From: Candidatus Poribacteria bacterium
Lineage (GTDB): Bacteria > Poribacteria > WGA-4E > GCA-2687025
NCBI GenBank assembly: GCA_026004875.1
Contig: BPJZ01000007.1
Coordinates: forward strand, 48,226-112,225
Direction: 5' to 3'
DNA length: 64,000 nucleotides
Positions 1 through 9,366 of the stretch are shown piece by piece. Each line of letters opens with the position of its first letter. Position 1 is the first letter of the stretch. Both the position numbers and the translations under genes were made by a program. The notes beneath the pieces were generated by a model. That model ran no database searches. It saw only the letters and a program-made list of their open reading frames with translations, and was not told where the DNA came from.

Positions 1-1
1 C

Positions 2-262
2 CGATTCCTCGGCTACGCGAGCGAAGATGCGGTCAACTGGCTCTACGTTGGGGAAGCAATCGCGCCGATGCGCGATCCGGTCTGGGTAGGGCTGCACGCG
101 CTCTGCCCCGGCTCCATCCCGCCGACGGAGACGCGGTTCGACTACTTCCGTATCTATCGGAGGCCACACGAGGCGCATCTCTATCAGCCGCGCGACCGTC
201 GAAGTTCGACGAGCGCTCAATCGCTGGCCACCTGGACGGCGCTCCGGCGCATTGTTCGCTGA
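2..262 (+). CDS. 3' end of a gene that begins upstream of the window; hypothetical protein
   Basis: The frame is open from the window edge to TGA at 260-262, co-oriented with the downstream gene. No recognisable motif. Confidence 0.3.
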   Translation, partial: RFLGYASEDAVNWLYVGEAIAPMRDPVWVGLHALCPGSIPPTETRFDYFRIYRRPHEAHLYQPRDRRSSTSAQSLATWTALRRIVR

Positions 263-286
263 TCGGGCTCAGAAGGGAGAGGTACC

Positions 287-1585
287 GTGGCAACAGACCT
301 CGCAGAACACATCGAGCACCTCCGGATCGCAAATACTCACGAGCACCTTCAAAAAGAGGAGGGATGGGTCCAGGAGGGGCCGGGGATTCTCCGGGCCCTG
401 TTCGAAAACTACGTCCTGGCCGACCTGCACACCGCCGGAGCGACTAGAGAGCAGATGCGCCTGCTCCTGGACGATTCAAATCCAGACGTGCGAGGACGCT
501 TCGAGGCGATCCGCCCCATCTGGGAGCGGGTGCAACACACCGGCTACGGCGAGGCGGTTCGCCGGACGGCCCAACGGGTCTACGGCATCGAAGAGCTGAC
601 GCCGGAGGCGATCGAGGCAGCGGTCCCGCGTCATCAAGAGCTCCGCAAACCGGGGCAGCGGCTCCACCTGCTCCGGGAGGTGGGACGCATGGACCACGTT
701 CAAGTGGACGATTTCGTCTGGCGATGCCTACCGGATCGCTCCGGGCCGGACTTCTTCTTTTACGACATCTCCTGGGCGAACTTCTCCAACGGCTACGTTC
801 ATCCGAAGGCGCTTTTTGAGGAGACCGGAGTCGTCGTGAACGACATCGCTTCGCTCCGCCGGGCGCTGGAGGCGCTGTTCGAGAAGTACGCGCCGGTAGC
901 GATCGCCGTGAAGTCCCAGCACGCCTACAACCGAACGCTGGCCTGGCGCGAGCGCAGCGATGCTGAGGCCGATCGGGCGCTGCAGACGATTCTGACCCTT
1001 CCTGAGGAACAGGTTCCACTTGCAACCCGCTTGTGCCTTGGCGATTGGGCCTGGGCCGAAGGGGTGCGCCTTTCGGCGGAGTACGGACTCCCGTTTAAGA
1101 TTCACACCGGCTACTACGCCGGGAACGATCGAATGCCCACCGAACGCATTCCGGCGGGGCATCTGTGCCCGCTGTTGGCTAAATACCCCCAGGCCCGATT
1201 CGTGCTGATGCACATCGCTTACCCCTATCAAGGGGAGCTGGTCGCCATCGCCAAGCACTACCGAAACGTCTGGATCGACTTCTGCTGGGCCTGGAGCATC
1301 GACCCGTTCAGCTCGGAGGACGCCTTGAGGCGATGCCTCCACGCGGTACCGATCAACAAGGTGTTAGGCTTTGGTGGGGACACTTTCTGGCCGACCGCCT
1401 CGGTGGGGTACGCCGAACAGGCCCGGGCTGGGGTCCGCCGAGCCCTGGAGGCGGAGATTCGGGACGGACACCTCACTGAGCGCCAGGCGATCGCGGTGGC
1501 CACGCAGGTGCTCTACCAGAATGCCGCCGAGCTGTTTCCTCTGGAAGAGACGCGAGCGGCCATCGCCCGAGCGCTTGCCGCTTGA
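287..1585 (+). CDS. amidohydrolase-family metal-dependent hydrolase (TIM barrel)
   Basis: 432-aa ORF with a GTG start 5 nt after an AAGGGAGAGG SD. N-terminal H-x-H motif (ANTHEHL) plus later His/Asp residues typical of amidohydrolase-2-like enzymes. Confidence 0.65.
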   Translation: MATDLAEHIEHLRIANTHEHLQKEEGWVQEGPGILRALFENYVLADLHTAGATREQMRLLLDDSNPDVRGRFEAIRPIWERVQHTGYGEAVRRTAQRVYGIEELTPEAIEAAVPRHQELRKPGQRLHLLREVGRMDHVQVDDFVWRCLPDRSGPDFFFYDISWANFSNGYVHPKALFEETGVVVNDIASLRRALEALFEKYAPVAIAVKSQHAYNRTLAWRERSDAEADRALQTILTLPEEQVPLATRLCLGDWAWAEGVRLSAEYGLPFKIHTGYYAGNDRMPTERIPAGHLCPLLAKYPQARFVLMHIAYPYQGELVAIAKHYRNVWIDFCWAWSIDPFSSEDALRRCLHAVPINKVLGFGGDTFWPTASVGYAEQARAGVRRALEAEIRDGHLTERQAIAVATQVLYQNAAELFPLEETRAAIARALAA

Positions 1586-1643
1586 CTTTTTCGGGCCGGC
1601 TCCTCTACGCTTTTTCCGGTTTTAGCCACGGGGAAAGCCTTCC

Positions 1644-3155
1644 ATGATCGGAGCTTGGGGACAACGGCGCGTTGAGAACCTGGTCCTGCGCTATACCGAG
1701 TCCACCCGCGCAGACGAGCGACTTGTCCCCTACGACATCTGGGGCAGTCAGGCTCACGCCTTGATGTTGGCCCGTCAGGGGCTACTGACCGAAGAGGAGC
1801 TCCGACGCATCCTCGCCCCCTTAGAGACAGCCTTTCAGGACTACCTAGCCGGAAAGCTGATCCTGGACCCGCAATTGGAAGACGTTCACATGAACGTCGA
1901 ACAGTACGTCACCCAGGCGGCGGGGAAGGCGTTCGGGGGGAAGCTTCACACGGCCCGATCGCGGAACGATCAAGTGCTCACCGACGCGCGGCTTTACGTT
2001 CGGGAGGCGCTTTTGGAGGTCGAGGAGCGACTTTGCCAGCTGATCGATCTTTTTCTCCGGATCGCTCAGGAGCACATTGAGACGGTCATGCCTGGCTACA
2101 CCCACACGCAGCACGCCCAGCCGATTACGCTGGGGTTTTGGGCGACCGGGCATGGCTTTCTGTTGCTGGGCGACCTGCGGCGGCTTCAACGGGCCTACGA
2201 GACGACCAATCGGAGCCCTTTGGGGGCCTGCGCGCTGGCAGGGACCAACCTACCCATCGATCGGCAGCTCACCGCCTGGCTCTTAGGGTTTGACAGCGTC
2301 GAAACCCACGCGCTGGCCGTCGTCTCCGGTCGGGACTTCATCTGGGAGGCGGCCTTCGCTCTGGCGACGCTGGCCGTCAACTGCTCTCGGCTGGCCGAAG
2401 AGATCGTCCTTTGGAGCACCTACGAGTTCCGGATGATAAGCCTCGCGGACGAGTACGCTCTTGGCAGCTCGATCATGCCCCAAAAGAAGAACCCCGATCT
2501 GGCCGAGCTGGCACGGGGCCGCTCCGGAAAGGCGATCGCCCGGCTCCAGGAGGTGTTGACACTCCTGAAGGCTCTGCCGTTGGGCTACCACCGGGACCTC
2601 CAGGAGGACAAGCCCCCCCTCTGGGAAGCGTTCGACGGGGCGATACCGACCCTGGAGGCGCTCAGCGCCCTCCTAGAGACGGCGCAGTTCCACCCAGAAC
2701 GGATGCGACAGCTTGTTCAGGAGAACTTCTCGACGGCCACCGAGCTGGCCAACTATTTGGTCCAGAAGCGAAACGTCCCTTTTCGGGAGGCGCACGGGAT
2801 CACAGGCCGCGTGGTGGCCGCGCTGGCCGCCGCCGGCCGGACGTTCGAAGACCTCGAGGCGTGCGCCAAGGCGCTGGAAGCAGAAGGTTACCCGATCGCC
2901 CGCGAAGAGCTCCGGCGCATTCTGGACCCCTTGGAGGCGGTCCGCCGCAATCGAACAGAGGGCGGAACCGGACCAGAGTCGGTCCGCCAGATGATCAAGG
3001 AACTCCAATGGCAGCTCCAGAAGGCTCGATCGGCGATCGCCGAGCGTCGGAATCGAATCGCAGCGGCCAGGGAGCGAACCCGTCGGTGCGTTCAAGGAGT
3101 GCTCCAGGGCGAACCGCTCGCGACGGTCTGGCGAGCGGTTGGGCTGGACTCCTGA
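1644..3155 (+). CDS. argH: argininosuccinate lyase
   Basis: Fumarate-lyase signature GSSIMPQKKNPD and a full-length ASL-like sequence. The C-terminus is about 40 aa longer than a typical ASL. Confidence 0.9.
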   Translation: MIGAWGQRRVENLVLRYTESTRADERLVPYDIWGSQAHALMLARQGLLTEEELRRILAPLETAFQDYLAGKLILDPQLEDVHMNVEQYVTQAAGKAFGGKLHTARSRNDQVLTDARLYVREALLEVEERLCQLIDLFLRIAQEHIETVMPGYTHTQHAQPITLGFWATGHGFLLLGDLRRLQRAYETTNRSPLGACALAGTNLPIDRQLTAWLLGFDSVETHALAVVSGRDFIWEAAFALATLAVNCSRLAEEIVLWSTYEFRMISLADEYALGSSIMPQKKNPDLAELARGRSGKAIARLQEVLTLLKALPLGYHRDLQEDKPPLWEAFDGAIPTLEALSALLETAQFHPERMRQLVQENFSTATELANYLVQKRNVPFREAHGITGRVVAALAAAGRTFEDLEACAKALEAEGYPIAREELRRILDPLEAVRRNRTEGGTGPESVRQMIKELQWQLQKARSAIAERRNRIAAARERTRRCVQGVLQGEPLATVWRAVGLDS

Positions 3156-3772
3156 TGCTGTTGGGGGAACTCCTCAGCGGCTGCGTTCAGGGGCCGGGCC
3201 GCTCGATTCCTCTGGACGGACTCATCTCCGAGACGATCGGGCGTTCCGGCGTGATTGTCTCACAGGAGCCGTGGGGAACCGAAAGACCACCCCTCTTCCA
3301 AGCGCGGTGGAACGATGTGACTCCCGGAACGTTGCTCCGATTAGTGAGCCCGGAAACCGGTCGAATGGCGCTGGTTCAGGTCGTCGCATCGGCCCCCCAC
3401 CCAACGGTGGAACGGGCGGTTTGGGACCGGCTGGGGACCAACCAGGGCCTTCGGGTGGACCGGATCGAGGGACAGATCGGATTTGTGGAGATCTATCCGC
3501 TCGACTTTCACGGCCAACCGACGGCCAGCGGCGAGTTGCGGAACCTCCAAAGCCTGATCGCCGGACATCGGTACCTTCCCTTCGGCTCAATCGTGCGGGT
3601 GCGCGCGCTGCGCAGCGGCCGAACCGTCCTGGTGCGGGTGAACGACCGCGCTGGGTTTCGCGGCGAAGCGATCCTGCTCTCCCCAGCGGCGGCGGAGCGG
3701 CTGGGAATTGAAGGCGGAGAACCAGTCCGGCTGGAATTTCTCACGACTCTTCCGACGGGAGCTGCCCATTGA
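3155..3772 (+). CDS. RlpA-like lipoprotein with a double-psi beta-barrel (DPBB) domain
   Basis: ATG overlaps the argH stop (TGATG). Lipobox-like LLSGC near the N-terminus. C-terminal DPBB pattern TASGE...SIVRVRALRSGRTVLVRVNDRAGF...LSPAAAERLG. Confidence 0.6.
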   Translation: MLLGELLSGCVQGPGRSIPLDGLISETIGRSGVIVSQEPWGTERPPLFQARWNDVTPGTLLRLVSPETGRMALVQVVASAPHPTVERAVWDRLGTNQGLRVDRIEGQIGFVEIYPLDFHGQPTASGELRNLQSLIAGHRYLPFGSIVRVRALRSGRTVLVRVNDRAGFRGEAILLSPAAAERLGIEGGEPVRLEFLTTLPTGAAH

Positions 3773-4479
3773 GCGCGAACCGGATCATCGTTGCGTTAGA
3801 CCTTTCCGATCTGGACGCCCTCAAGCGGCTCCTGGATCGCCTGGCAGGCCGCGCCCAGCGGTTTAAGATCGGCAAGGAGCTGTTCACTGCAACCGGCCCG
3901 GCCTCGGTCGAGCTGGTCCATCGGTACGGCGGACGGGTCTTCTTGGACCTGAAGTTTCACGACATCCCGAACACGGTGGCAGGGGCCGTCCGATCGGCGG
4001 CGCGCCTGGGAGTATGGATGCTGAACGTCCACACGATGGGCGGAACAGCGATGATGAAAGCGGCGCGGGCCGCGCTCGGGGAGGAGGAACGACGGCCTCT
4101 GCTCCTGGGGGTGACCGTCTTAACGAGCTTGGGGCCCCCAGAGTGGGCCGAACTGGTCGGACCCGGGGGAAGGCCCCTAGAGGCACAGGTGGCGTTCTTG
4201 GCGGAGCGGGCGATCGCTTGTGGCCTGGACGGAGTCATCGCCTCTCCTCAGGAGACGGCCTCCCTGCGGGAACGGCTCGGAGAGAGACCCCTGATCGTCA
4301 CGCCAGGCGTTCGGCCTCGATGGGCCGCGCGGGACGACCAGGCGCGGGTCCTAACGCCAACCGAGGCGCTCCGCGCCGGTGCGGACTATCTTGTCATCGG
4401 GCGGCCGATTACGGCGGCGGGCGATCCGGCCGCCGCCATGGAGCGACTCTGTGAGGAGATCGCTGGAGCGAAACGGTGA
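3769..4479 (+). CDS. pyrF: orotidine 5'-phosphate decarboxylase
   Basis: IIVALDL...DLKFHDIPNTV signature. TTG start overlaps the upstream stop. Confidence 0.9.
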   Translation: MSANRIIVALDLSDLDALKRLLDRLAGRAQRFKIGKELFTATGPASVELVHRYGGRVFLDLKFHDIPNTVAGAVRSAARLGVWMLNVHTMGGTAMMKAARAALGEEERRPLLLGVTVLTSLGPPEWAELVGPGGRPLEAQVAFLAERAIACGLDGVIASPQETASLRERLGERPLIVTPGVRPRWAARDDQARVLTPTEALRAGADYLVIGRPITAAGDPAAAMERLCEEIAGAKR

Positions 4480-5312
4480 ATCCAACGGAGGACGTCCGCC
4501 AGCGCTGGAGCCAGACCCCCCTGGCCTGGGGCAGGGAGCGAATCGCCGACACGCCCCGTCTGGTCCGGCGCAACTGGGCGACGATGAGCCGGCGTTTGGC
4601 AGAGCTCCTCCGGAGCGCCCTGAAAGGGGTCGAAGGCGTCCGCCTGCTGGACGTCGGATGCGGCAACGGCGGGTTCTTGGACCTGATCGAAGACCTGGTG
4701 GCAGAATACTACGGCCTGGACCCTTCCTTTGAGATGCTGCAGGCTGGACGTAAACTGAAACGCGGCGGTTACGTTCTCGGACTGGGTGAAGCGTTGCCGT
4801 TTCGGGACGGCGTCTTTGACGTGGTCGTCTTGAAGAGTGTGCTGATGCACTGCATCGACCCGGAACAGGTGCTCGGGGAGTCCGCGCGGGTGTTACAGGG
4901 CGGGGGCCTTTGTCTCATCTCCGTGGCCAACGATGCGGCCTGGTATCGGCCCCTGATGAAGCTGGCGGACCGGATGCGACACCGTCGTGGAGCGGTCGGA
5001 CGCACCGATGCGCACCTGCACCGGCTGGACACCTCCCGGCTCCAGGCGCTCAGCGCGCGAGCCGGGTTGATCGTCCTCCATTGGGAATCGCTCGGGTTTG
5101 GAGTGTTGCCGAGTTTTGTCGAGCGGCCTCTGTCCGATCGCTGGATCGAGCGGATCGGCGCCTGGGCCGATCGAGCAGGAGGAGCCTTATGGCCTCAACG
5201 CGGAGGATCGCTGATCTTGCTGGCTCAGAAGGGCGGTTCGAGGAGCCGTTCTTCTGCCCGTCGGTCCCCATCTGTGCCACCGGCTGGGAGAAGCGCGCCT
5301 TTGACCTTCTGA
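4476..5312 (+). CDS. class I SAM-dependent methyltransferase
   Basis: Motif I LDVGCGNGGF. GTG start overlaps the pyrF stop. The C-terminal 40 aa are low complexity and may be read-through. Confidence 0.65.
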   Translation: MNPTEDVRQRWSQTPLAWGRERIADTPRLVRRNWATMSRRLAELLRSALKGVEGVRLLDVGCGNGGFLDLIEDLVAEYYGLDPSFEMLQAGRKLKRGGYVLGLGEALPFRDGVFDVVVLKSVLMHCIDPEQVLGESARVLQGGGLCLISVANDAAWYRPLMKLADRMRHRRGAVGRTDAHLHRLDTSRLQALSARAGLIVLHWESLGFGVLPSFVERPLSDRWIERIGAWADRAGGALWPQRGGSLILLAQKGGSRSRSSARRSPSVPPAGRSAPLTF

Positions 5313-5911
5313 TCGCCATCATCGGCCTGACCTTGGGGTCGCCGGTGTTTCTGCTGTTAGCGATCTTAGCGAAGCTTCAGTCTCCAGGACCGATCCTTTA
5401 TCGAGCGGTACGCGTTGGACGGGGAGGGCGCCCGTTCGTCCTCTACAAGTTCCGCTCAATGGTCGCCGCCGCCGACCGACAGGGGCCGGGGATTACCGCC
5501 GCGGACGACGAGCGAATCACCCCGATCGGGCGGTGGCTTCGCCGCTACCGGCTCGATGAACTGCCCAACCTTTGGAACGTTCTGAAAGGGGAGATGTCCC
5601 TGGTTGGGCCGCGGCCGGAGCTGCCCCGTTACGTGCGGCACTACACGCCGGAGCAGCTTCGGGTTCTCAGCGTACGTCCTGGGATCACCGGGCCGACCCA
5701 GCTGGCCTTCCGGCACGAAGAGGAGATGCTTCGAGGACAGGCCGACCCGGAGCAGTACTACCTGGAGGCGCTACTCCCCAAAAAGCTGAGCAGCGACCTG
5801 GAGTACATAGCAACGCGAACCTTTTGGAAGGACCTTGGTTATCTACTGGCAACCCTTGGGGCGGTCGCGCGGGAGTTGCTCAGCGCTCGGCGCGGCTCGC
5901 CTCAGAGATGA
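5189..5911 (+). CDS. bacterial sugar transferase family protein (polyprenyl-phosphate glycosyl-phosphotransferase, WbaP/EpsL-like C-terminal domain type)
   Basis: TM helix FDLLIAIIGLTLGSPVFLLLAIL followed by GPILYRAVRVGRGGRPFVLYKFRSM...DELPNLWNVLKGEMSLVGPRPE. ATG at 5189 is preceded by AGGAGGAG. The start overlaps the methyltransferase 3' end by about 120 nt. Confidence 0.7.
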   Translation: MASTRRIADLAGSEGRFEEPFFCPSVPICATGWEKRAFDLLIAIIGLTLGSPVFLLLAILAKLQSPGPILYRAVRVGRGGRPFVLYKFRSMVAAADRQGPGITAADDERITPIGRWLRRYRLDELPNLWNVLKGEMSLVGPRPELPRYVRHYTPEQLRVLSVRPGITGPTQLAFRHEEEMLRGQADPEQYYLEALLPKKLSSDLEYIATRTFWKDLGYLLATLGAVARELLSARRGSPQR

Positions 5912-5922
5912 GGAGTCGCCCC

Positions 5923-6813
5923 ATGTCTCGATCTCATGTCGTTCGAAAAGCCGTCGTTCCCGCTGCCGGCACCGGAACGCGGCTGCTTCCGGCGACCAAA
6001 TCGATGCCTAAAGAGATGCTCCCCGTCGGGCGAAAGCCGGTGATTCAGTACGTCCTGGAGGAGCTGAGCGCCGCCGACGTCCGGGAGGTACTGATCGTCA
6101 CGAGCCAACAAAAGCGCGCGATCGAAGACCACTTCGATCTAAACGGCGTCTGGCAGGAGCGCCTGGAGACCGATGCCAAATGGCGCACCCTGCTCCCGCA
6201 GGCCGAAATCGAGGTCCAACTGTTCTACACGCGACAGAGCGTCCCGCGGGGGCTGGCCGACGCAATCGCTCGAGCGGAGGTGTTTGTCGGCGAGGAACCG
6301 TTTCTCGTCTCTTTAGGCGATTCGATCCTCCAATCCTCCCGTCCGGGCGGACTCCTTCAAGAGCTGATCCGGCTCCACCTGGAGAAGGGCGCCCGCGCGA
6401 CGATCCTCTTTGAGGAGGTGCCCCCTGAAGCGGTGGTCCACTACGGAATCGCTAAGCCTAAGGGGAGGCCGGAGCGAACCTTTGCCTGCGAGGACCTGAT
6501 CGAGAAGCCCTCCCCGGAGGAGGCGCCCAGCAACCTGGCCGTCGCTGCCCGCTACGTCTTCGATCCGATCGTTTTTGAGTACATTCAGAAGACTCCTCCG
6601 GGACGCAACGGAGAGATTCAGATCACCGACACGATGCGGCTGATGCTGGCCGACGGTCACCCGATCTGGGGGCTGCGAATGGAGGTCGGAGAACGGCGGC
6701 TGGACATCGGCAACTTCGGAAGCTACTTTGAAGCCTTCTTTGAGCTGGCCCTCCAGGACCCCGAGCACGGGCAGGAGTTCCGTGAATACGTCCGACGACG
6801 GCTTCAGGAATGA
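5923..6813 (+). CDS. galU: UTP--glucose-1-phosphate uridylyltransferase
   Basis: N-terminal KAVVPAAGTGTRLLPATKSMPKEMLPV motif. Start chosen at ATG 5923, 8 nt after AGGAG; an alternative ATG at 5908 overlaps the upstream stop. Confidence 0.8.
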   Translation: MSRSHVVRKAVVPAAGTGTRLLPATKSMPKEMLPVGRKPVIQYVLEELSAADVREVLIVTSQQKRAIEDHFDLNGVWQERLETDAKWRTLLPQAEIEVQLFYTRQSVPRGLADAIARAEVFVGEEPFLVSLGDSILQSSRPGGLLQELIRLHLEKGARATILFEEVPPEAVVHYGIAKPKGRPERTFACEDLIEKPSPEEAPSNLAVAARYVFDPIVFEYIQKTPPGRNGEIQITDTMRLMLADGHPIWGLRMEVGERRLDIGNFGSYFEAFFELALQDPEHGQEFREYVRRRLQE

Positions 6814-7906
6814 GCCGACCCTTCATCCGCCGGAACGCTGGGCCGCACTTGCGGAGCGCCTTCTAGAACGGGGTCGGATCGTCCTATTGCTGGGCGGTGT
6901 GGACGCCGGCAAGAGCACCTTAGCCCGATTTCTCGCTCAGAGGGCACTGGATCGAGGTTGGACGGTCGGCTATCTAGACGCGGACCTTGGACAATCGACA
7001 GTCGGTCCGCCGACTACAGTCGCCCTCAAGCGGCTTCGACGAAGCCTGGAGGAGCTCCGCGAGCCGCCGGACGCGATGATCTTCCTTGGAGCCATCTCTC
7101 CAGTCTACTGCCGGACCGAAGTGGTCGTCGCCGTCCGACGATTGGCCGATTACGCCCGCCGCCGAGTAGACCTGCTGGTGGTGGACACCTCCGGTATGAT
7201 CGCCGGACCTGGGGCCTACACCCTAAAGACGCAAAAGATCGAGTGCCTCCGACCCCATCACGTGGTGGCCTTGATTCAACCGGCCACTCGCGAACCGATC
7301 GAGGAGCTGCTCCGCCCTTTTCGGCGTCGGGCCGACCTAAAACTTCACGTCTTGGAAGCACTGCCGGAGACCGGCATCAAGTCGCCCGCTTATAGACGGG
7401 ACTATCGAAACGCCCGCTTCGAAGACTACTTCGCTAAGGCACGACCGGTTCGGCTTTGGCTGCACAGTCGAACCGTTCTGGGGCGGGGGCTCCTCCGCGA
7501 GCGGTTCGGGGAGGAGATTCCCTCCGGCCTTCTGATAGGCCTGAACGATCGGTACGGTTGGACGGTGGGCCTGGGCGTGCTCCGCCGCTCTCCGTCGCGG
7601 AACCAGGAGTTCCTGGAGATCGAAACGCCGGTGCGATCGCTCCGCGGTGTGGTGGCCGTGCAGCTGAGCCCCTTTCGGCTCGCGCCAGAAGCCTCCCCCG
7701 GGCCCTCCGCTACCGAGGACGAAGCCGCGGCCAGCGAATCTCCACCCCCGCGGCCGTCAGCCGGCGCTGAAACCGCTCCAGCTCAGCCCGATTGTTCCGC
7801 ACCCCGCGAGGTGGAAGATTCCGATCCAGCGCGTGGGCAATCAGCAGCCCGACCGACTCCCCGATATTCCACTCGACCGGATGAAGGCGATAACAGCCGT
7901 TCGTGA
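6782..7906 (+). CDS. Clp1/Grc3-like P-loop polynucleotide kinase family protein; both ends uncertain
   Basis: Walker A LLLGGVDAGKSTLARFL followed by YLDADLGQSTVGPP (Clp1-type DLD.GQ box), then Walker B LLVVDTSGMI. Start is either GTG 6782 or ATG 6728, both overlapping the galU 3' end. The last 70 codons are low complexity and overlap a convergent gene. Confidence 0.5.
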   Translation: MNTSDDGFRNEPTLHPPERWAALAERLLERGRIVLLLGGVDAGKSTLARFLAQRALDRGWTVGYLDADLGQSTVGPPTTVALKRLRRSLEELREPPDAMIFLGAISPVYCRTEVVVAVRRLADYARRRVDLLVVDTSGMIAGPGAYTLKTQKIECLRPHHVVALIQPATREPIEELLRPFRRRADLKLHVLEALPETGIKSPAYRRDYRNARFEDYFAKARPVRLWLHSRTVLGRGLLRERFGEEIPSGLLIGLNDRYGWTVGLGVLRRSPSRNQEFLEIETPVRSLRGVVAVQLSPFRLAPEASPGPSATEDEAAASESPPPRPSAGAETAPAQPDCSAPREVEDSDPARGQSAARPTPRYSTRPDEGDNSRS

Positions 7907-9347
7907 TGTGGGTGGTCCCGATGTTCTTACAGGCCGGCAGCAGGTTCTCCATTCGCACCGGCAGGAGCGCGCCCAGCGGAATTTCAAACGGAAGGCTGCT
8001 AATATCAATGTAGTTGTCGCCGCCGCTGCTTGGGTGAAGGTCAATCCGATAGCTTCCAACGCCGACCGAGTCGAAGAAGGAGGCCGCCGTGACCTCTTCG
8101 CGCGGAAGACCCGTCTCGGCCATGCGGGCCTCCGTGCCCACATGCTGCTCCAAGACGGTAAACTCCGCCCGAATCCGGCGCGACTCGCGAATGTAAGGGT
8201 ACTTGGCCAACCCGTCCTCGGTGCCGACGACATCGCCGCGCAGACGCAGGCCAGGCCATCCCTGCCCGCCATCGGGACGAGGGGCTTCCGTCTGGAGCCA
8301 GTAAAGGAGCGAGAGGCTCAACTGCTTGGCCATTCGAAGGTGATGACTTGCCTCCTCCTCGGACACGTCGATCAAGTTCCCGAGCCAGTAGTCGTTCATT
8401 GGCCAGTTGACCAAGCAGAGGTCGCTGGCAAAGGCCCCAGGCACGAAGTTGCCCCGGTGTAAGATGCGCCGATAGCGCCAGAGTCCGCCCCACTCGTTCC
8501 GCGATTCGGCCTCCGGGTCAAAGCGGTACTCTCGCGCCTCCAACGTCTGGGGATGGGAGCCGACCAGAGCAAGGAGCCTTCCCGGCCAGGGCGGGGTCAT
8601 CTCTGGGACGTAGTTCCGCCAGAAGTCGTACTCCTCCGGCCGTTCGATCGTGTGGTCTTCAGCGGGAAGATAGTCCATCGCAAAGCAGACGGTGAACGCC
8701 TGTTGATTGGCCGGATTGGGCTCCGCTGGAGCGTGGGGCTCGCCGGTCTGGGACTGCCCTTCGGCTCCAACGACGTATTCGGTTCCGGTCATCGGCAACA
8801 ACTCGCCCAGCTCCGTCGCGTCCACAAAGTAGGGCGCCCGGAGGACCAGTTCCCGACCGGTTCTCAGGCTGCGGACCATCACCGCGCGCACTCGGTCGCC
8901 GTCTACGTCGGCGCTGAGCGGCCGATGCTCCAACAGGAGCGTGAGCCGTCCGCTGCTCAGATGGGACTGAATCCACTCCGTTAATACCGCCAGGGAAACG
9001 CGCGGCTCATGACAGAGCCTGGAGACGCTTCCGTCGCCGGGATTCAGAGACCGCCGACTCCGGGCCTCCGGTGTCAACGGATAGTGCTGCTTATAAAACT
9101 CCCGAACGCGCGCGCGGTACTCGCGATAGCGGGCCGTACTGCCAAACTGTTCGATCCAGGGATGCTCATCCGGGGGCACCGCCTGAGCGGTCAACTGGCC
9201 CCCAATCCAATCGGTCTCTTCGGTGAGGACAACCGAGCGGCCCGCCTCAAGCAGCGCAAGCGCGGCGGCAAAACCACCGACTCCACCGCCAACGATCACC
9301 GCGTCGGCGGCGATCTCGTTCACTTTTCCATTCGACGCAATTGCCAT
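7710..9347 (-). CDS. FAD-dependent oxidoreductase (FAD_oxidored family)
   Basis: N-terminal Rossmann dinucleotide motif DAVIVGGGVGGFAAALALLEAGRSVVLTE. 545 aa. Confidence 0.7.
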   Translation of the reverse strand: MAIASNGKVNEIAADAVIVGGGVGGFAAALALLEAGRSVVLTEETDWIGGQLTAQAVPPDEHPWIEQFGSTARYREYRARVREFYKQHYPLTPEARSRRSLNPGDGSVSRLCHEPRVSLAVLTEWIQSHLSSGRLTLLLEHRPLSADVDGDRVRAVMVRSLRTGRELVLRAPYFVDATELGELLPMTGTEYVVGAEGQSQTGEPHAPAEPNPANQQAFTVCFAMDYLPAEDHTIERPEEYDFWRNYVPEMTPPWPGRLLALVGSHPQTLEAREYRFDPEAESRNEWGGLWRYRRILHRGNFVPGAFASDLCLVNWPMNDYWLGNLIDVSEEEASHHLRMAKQLSLSLLYWLQTEAPRPDGGQGWPGLRLRGDVVGTEDGLAKYPYIRESRRIRAEFTVLEQHVGTEARMAETGLPREEVTAASFFDSVGVGSYRIDLHPSSGGDNYIDISSLPFEIPLGALLPVRMENLLPACKNIGTTHITNGCYRLHPVEWNIGESVGLLIAHALDRNLPPRGVRNNRAELERFQRRLTAAGVEIRWPRLRPR

Positions 9348-9366
9348 GATGATCCCTTCCCGTCGC

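Noticed and set aside
2411-3154. N-terminal 250 codons of the listed ORF 2411-3772 overlapping argH
   Set aside because: Out-of-frame shadow of argH with a Gly/Pro/Arg-rich translation. Only the part from ATG 3155 (RlpA-like) is credible.
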